A stretch of DNA of 64,000 nt from positions 1,024,001 to 1,088,000 of the forward strand of contig CAWFXA010000002.1 of the NCBI GenBank assembly GCA_963819655.1, read 5' to 3'. This document shows positions 61,322-64,000 of the stretch, piece after piece (positions within the stretch are counted from its first letter, which is position 1; each line of letters opens with the position of its first letter). The DNA is from an uncultured Chloroflexia bacterium. GTDB taxonomy: Bacteria; Chloroflexota; Limnocylindria; Limnocylindrales; CSP1-4. The notes under the pieces are model-generated. The model made no database searches, was not told where the DNA came from, and saw only the letters and a list, made by a program, of their open reading frames with translations. The translations under genes were made by a program, and so were the position numbers.

Positions 61322-62074
61322 TCACGTCTCGACGGCGCGTGTCGCGTCGAGGTCGGGTCCCTCCACGTCGAATTGCACGTCGAGCCCGTACCGGTCGGCG
61401 ACGTAGCGCGACTCGGTCGCCTCGACCCGCCGCCCGTGCGTGTCGACGATCACCCGCCGTTCGACGAGCAGGGGATCGCCGGTGCGCACAGCGAGCAGGC
61501 GCGCGTCCTCGGCGGTCGCCGCCGCGGCGGAGATCGTGCCGGTCCCGCGGTGGAGCACGATCCCCGCGCGGCCGAGCGTCTCGTGCAACGAGCCCGCCTC
61601 GAGGTCGGCGCTCATCACCGCATCGGCGCAGGAGGCGATCAGGACAGTCGATTCGAGGGCGATCGGCTCGCCGTCTGCCTGTCGCAATCGATGCAGGTGG
61701 ACGACCGGCTGGTGCGCCAGGATCCCGAGATTGACGGCCTCGCTGGTGGTGGATGGCCGGATCACCCTCGTCAACAGCCGCGAACTCGGGACCCGTCCGG
61801 TCCTGCGCATCTCCTGGGAGAACGTCATGAGCCGATTCGTCCGCCGGTGGACGGGCGGTGTCGTGACGAAGCTCCCGCGACCCGGCTCTCGCCGGATCAG
61901 TCCGTCGGCCGCCAGCCGCTCCATGGCGTTCCGGGCGGTCATGCGGCTGACCCCGAACTCCGCGCACAGGTCGGTGTCCGATGGCAGTCGCGCGCCGGGC
62001 GCAAGAGTCGCGATCCGCTCGCGCAGGGCCTGCTCGATCTGGCGGTAGTGCGGCCGGTAGCCGGGCTCGGTCAC
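61322..62074 (-). CDS. GntR/HutC family regulator with a UTRA domain (NagR/DasR-like)
   Basis: YRQI, LPSD.DL..EFGVSRMTARNA, GRGSFV and a UTRA-type C-terminus; GTG overlaps the ROK stop. Confidence 0.9.
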   Translation of the reverse strand: MTEPGYRPHYRQIEQALRERIATLAPGARLPSDTDLCAEFGVSRMTARNAMERLAADGLIRREPGRGSFVTTPPVHRRTNRLMTFSQEMRRTGRVPSSRLLTRVIRPSTTSEAVNLGILAHQPVVHLHRLRQADGEPIALESTVLIASCADAVMSADLEAGSLHETLGRAGIVLHRGTGTISAAAATAEDARLLAVRTGDPLLVERRVIVDTHGRRVEATESRYVADRYGLDVQFDVEGPDLDATRAVET

Positions 62075-63039
62075 TGCGTGCGCACCTGTTCGGGCGCGGG
62101 GTCCCGGTCCGCCGCAGCGGCTTGTTCCGCGCCGTGGATCGCCGCGCCGATCCCACCAGCCCAGGTGCCCAGCTCCGCGGTGACGACGGTGACCGCATCG
62201 AGCGATGTCGTGTGAACGCGCCGGCGCAGCTCCTCGTGGATGGGAGCCATCAGCAGGTCGGCGGCGGCGGCCACACCGCCCCCGAGGACGACCCGGTCCG
62301 GCGTCATGACCACGATCATGCTGGCGATGCCGATTCCGAGGTAGCGCCCGATCTGGGCGATGCCCTCGGCGGCCCGGGCGTCGCCGGCGCGCGCCCTCTC
62401 GAATGCCTCCTCCGCCGTGGCGGTCCCGCACATCGCCGCGATCTGGTCGGCCCGCGTGAAGGCCTCGAGGCAACCGCGGTTGCCGCAGCCGCACCACGGC
62501 CCGTCGGGATCGATCGTCTGGTGGCCGAGCTCGCCGCCCGTGCCGTCGTGACCCTGGTACACGCGGCCGTCGATGGCGATGACGCCGCCGACCCCGGTGC
62601 CGAGCGTGAAACCGATCATCGAGGACGCGTTCCGAGCGGCACCCAGGCGGAGCTCCGCAAGGCCGAACGCGCGGGCGTCGTTGATGAGCGCCGCCGGTAA
62701 CCCAAGCGCCTCGCTGACGGGCCCGGCCACGGGCTTTCCGGCCCAGGCGCCCCGGATGTTGACGAGGAACCGGGTGGTTCCAGCGGCCGGGTCGTACAGC
62801 CCCGGGATCCCGATCCCTACCGTGGAGACGCCCGGGGAGCGGCCGATGGCTTCGGCGCCGACCTCCGCAAGGCGTGCGACGACCCGGTCGGGTCCGTCGG
62901 CGACGGGTGTCGGGACCTGGTCGCGGTCGAGGACACGCCACTCGTCGATGTCGCGCTCGACGACGACCGCCTTGATGTTGGTGCCCCCGAGGTCGAGACC
63001 GAGGTGGCGGGTGGGAGATGGGCGGTCGGTCCGCTCCAT
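62071..63039 (-). CDS. ROK family sugar kinase (GlcNAc/glucose kinase)
   Basis: GLDLGGT, INDA, GTGVGG, GELGH and CGCGNRGCLE motifs. Confidence 0.92.
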   Translation of the reverse strand: MERTDRPSPTRHLGLDLGGTNIKAVVVERDIDEWRVLDRDQVPTPVADGPDRVVARLAEVGAEAIGRSPGVSTVGIGIPGLYDPAAGTTRFLVNIRGAWAGKPVAGPVSEALGLPAALINDARAFGLAELRLGAARNASSMIGFTLGTGVGGVIAIDGRVYQGHDGTGGELGHQTIDPDGPWCGCGNRGCLEAFTRADQIAAMCGTATAEEAFERARAGDARAAEGIAQIGRYLGIGIASMIVVMTPDRVVLGGGVAAAADLLMAPIHEELRRRVHTTSLDAVTVVTAELGTWAGGIGAAIHGAEQAAAADRDPAPEQVRTQ

Positions 63040-64000
63040 CAGGTCTCGCCGGTCACCCGAGCGTACAGGGCGGCGACCGCCACGATGATCGAGCCGAACA
63101 GCACCTGGCGCACCGCCTCCGGTTGGCCGAGCGCGGTCAGCAGGGCGCTGATGATCGTCAGGATCAGCGCGCCGACGATCGTCCCGCCGAGGCCGCCACG
63201 TCCACCGAAGATCGAGGTCCCGCCGATGACCGCCGCTGCGACCGACGGCAGGACCAGCGAATTTGCGAGCGTGACGCTCGCGACGTTCGTGAGGCCCGAC
63301 AGAAGGAAGCCGGCGATGGCCGCCATCAACGCCGACACGACGTACAGGACGACAAGGACCTGCCAGCTGCGGGCGCCCGACAGGCGCGCCGCGACCGGGT
63401 TGTCACCGATCGCGTAGAGCATCCGGCCGTACCCGGTGCGACGCAGGGCGAGGAGGATCAGCCCGGCGAGTGGCAGGAACACGATGAAGCTGTACGGGAG
63501 CAGCTGGCCGAGTCGCTCGGACCCGAGCGTGCGCAGCTCCGGCGGGACACCCGTCGAACTCTGGACCATCATGATCTGCCAGGCGTTGGCCAACCCGAGC
63601 ACGACGAAGCTCACACCCAGCGACATGATCAACGGATGGACACGGAAGATGCCGACGCCGATCCCGGTCAGGAGGCCGGCCAGCGTGGCCGCGCCAAGAG
63701 CCACGAGCAGTCCGACTTCGGTACCCGGGCCCGCTCCCCAGCGAGGCCACCACGAAGCCGGCCATCGAGGCGACCGCTCCGACCGAGAGATCGATCCCGC
63801 CCGTCAGCATCGTCAGCGTCTGGCAGCCAGCCAGGATCGCGAGGGGGACCGCCGCCCGGAGCATGACGCCCGCCCAGTCGGCGTTGACGACACCCGGTCG
63901 AACGACCGCATAGGTGACGACCAGGAGCAGGAGCAGGATCGACAGCGGGATGATCGGCCGCTCTCGAAGGAGGGCGCGCAAGGTCGTGCCGCCCTGACGC
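63039..64000 (-). CDS. Sugar ABC transporter permease (RbsC type), 5' partial, frameshift near 63725
   Basis: GGIDLSVG, YAIGDN..AARLSG and AAAVIGGTS..GGRG motifs; the frame is open to the window end. Confidence 0.88.

Noticed and set aside
61302-62198. 298-aa ORF overlapping the nagA start as the regulator gene
   Set aside because: The GntR motifs are in the frame ending at 61322, not in this one.

Overview
High-GC (roughly 70% by eye) bacterial chromosomal segment with about 55 protein-coding genes. I see no rRNA, tRNA, CRISPR array or transposase. The gene content and the many apparently leaderless genes suggest a soil or freshwater Chloroflexota (Limnocylindria-like) or Actinomycetota genome (inference). 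Main blocks: housekeeping and transport genes (1-10 kb); a pentose-phosphate cluster (tkt-rpiB, an inverted lipoprotein gene, pgi-gnd-zwf-opcA-pgl; 10-20 kb); pfkB/psuG, peptidases and pyrG (22-36 kb); an unusual operon encoding a phenylphosphate-synthase-alpha/CreH-like PEP-utilizer, a three-subunit xanthine-dehydrogenase-family Mo enzyme and a truncated PPDK fused to an extra domain (37-45 kb); a LacI-associated catabolic cluster of unknown substrate (45-60 kb); and a GlcNAc-type operon (60-64 kb). Nine +1 frameshifts look like long-read assembly errors. Best leads: the phosphotransferase/Mo-hydroxylase/PPDK operon; an unannotated, tetraloop-rich ~210-nt candidate ncRNA at 2674-2886 behind DnaA-box-like sites; an RPE-like palindromic element at 54297-54431; and a tandem-domain hypothetical gene with a downstream 51-aa membrane sORF. 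All calls come from motif recognition by eye; no database searches were run.
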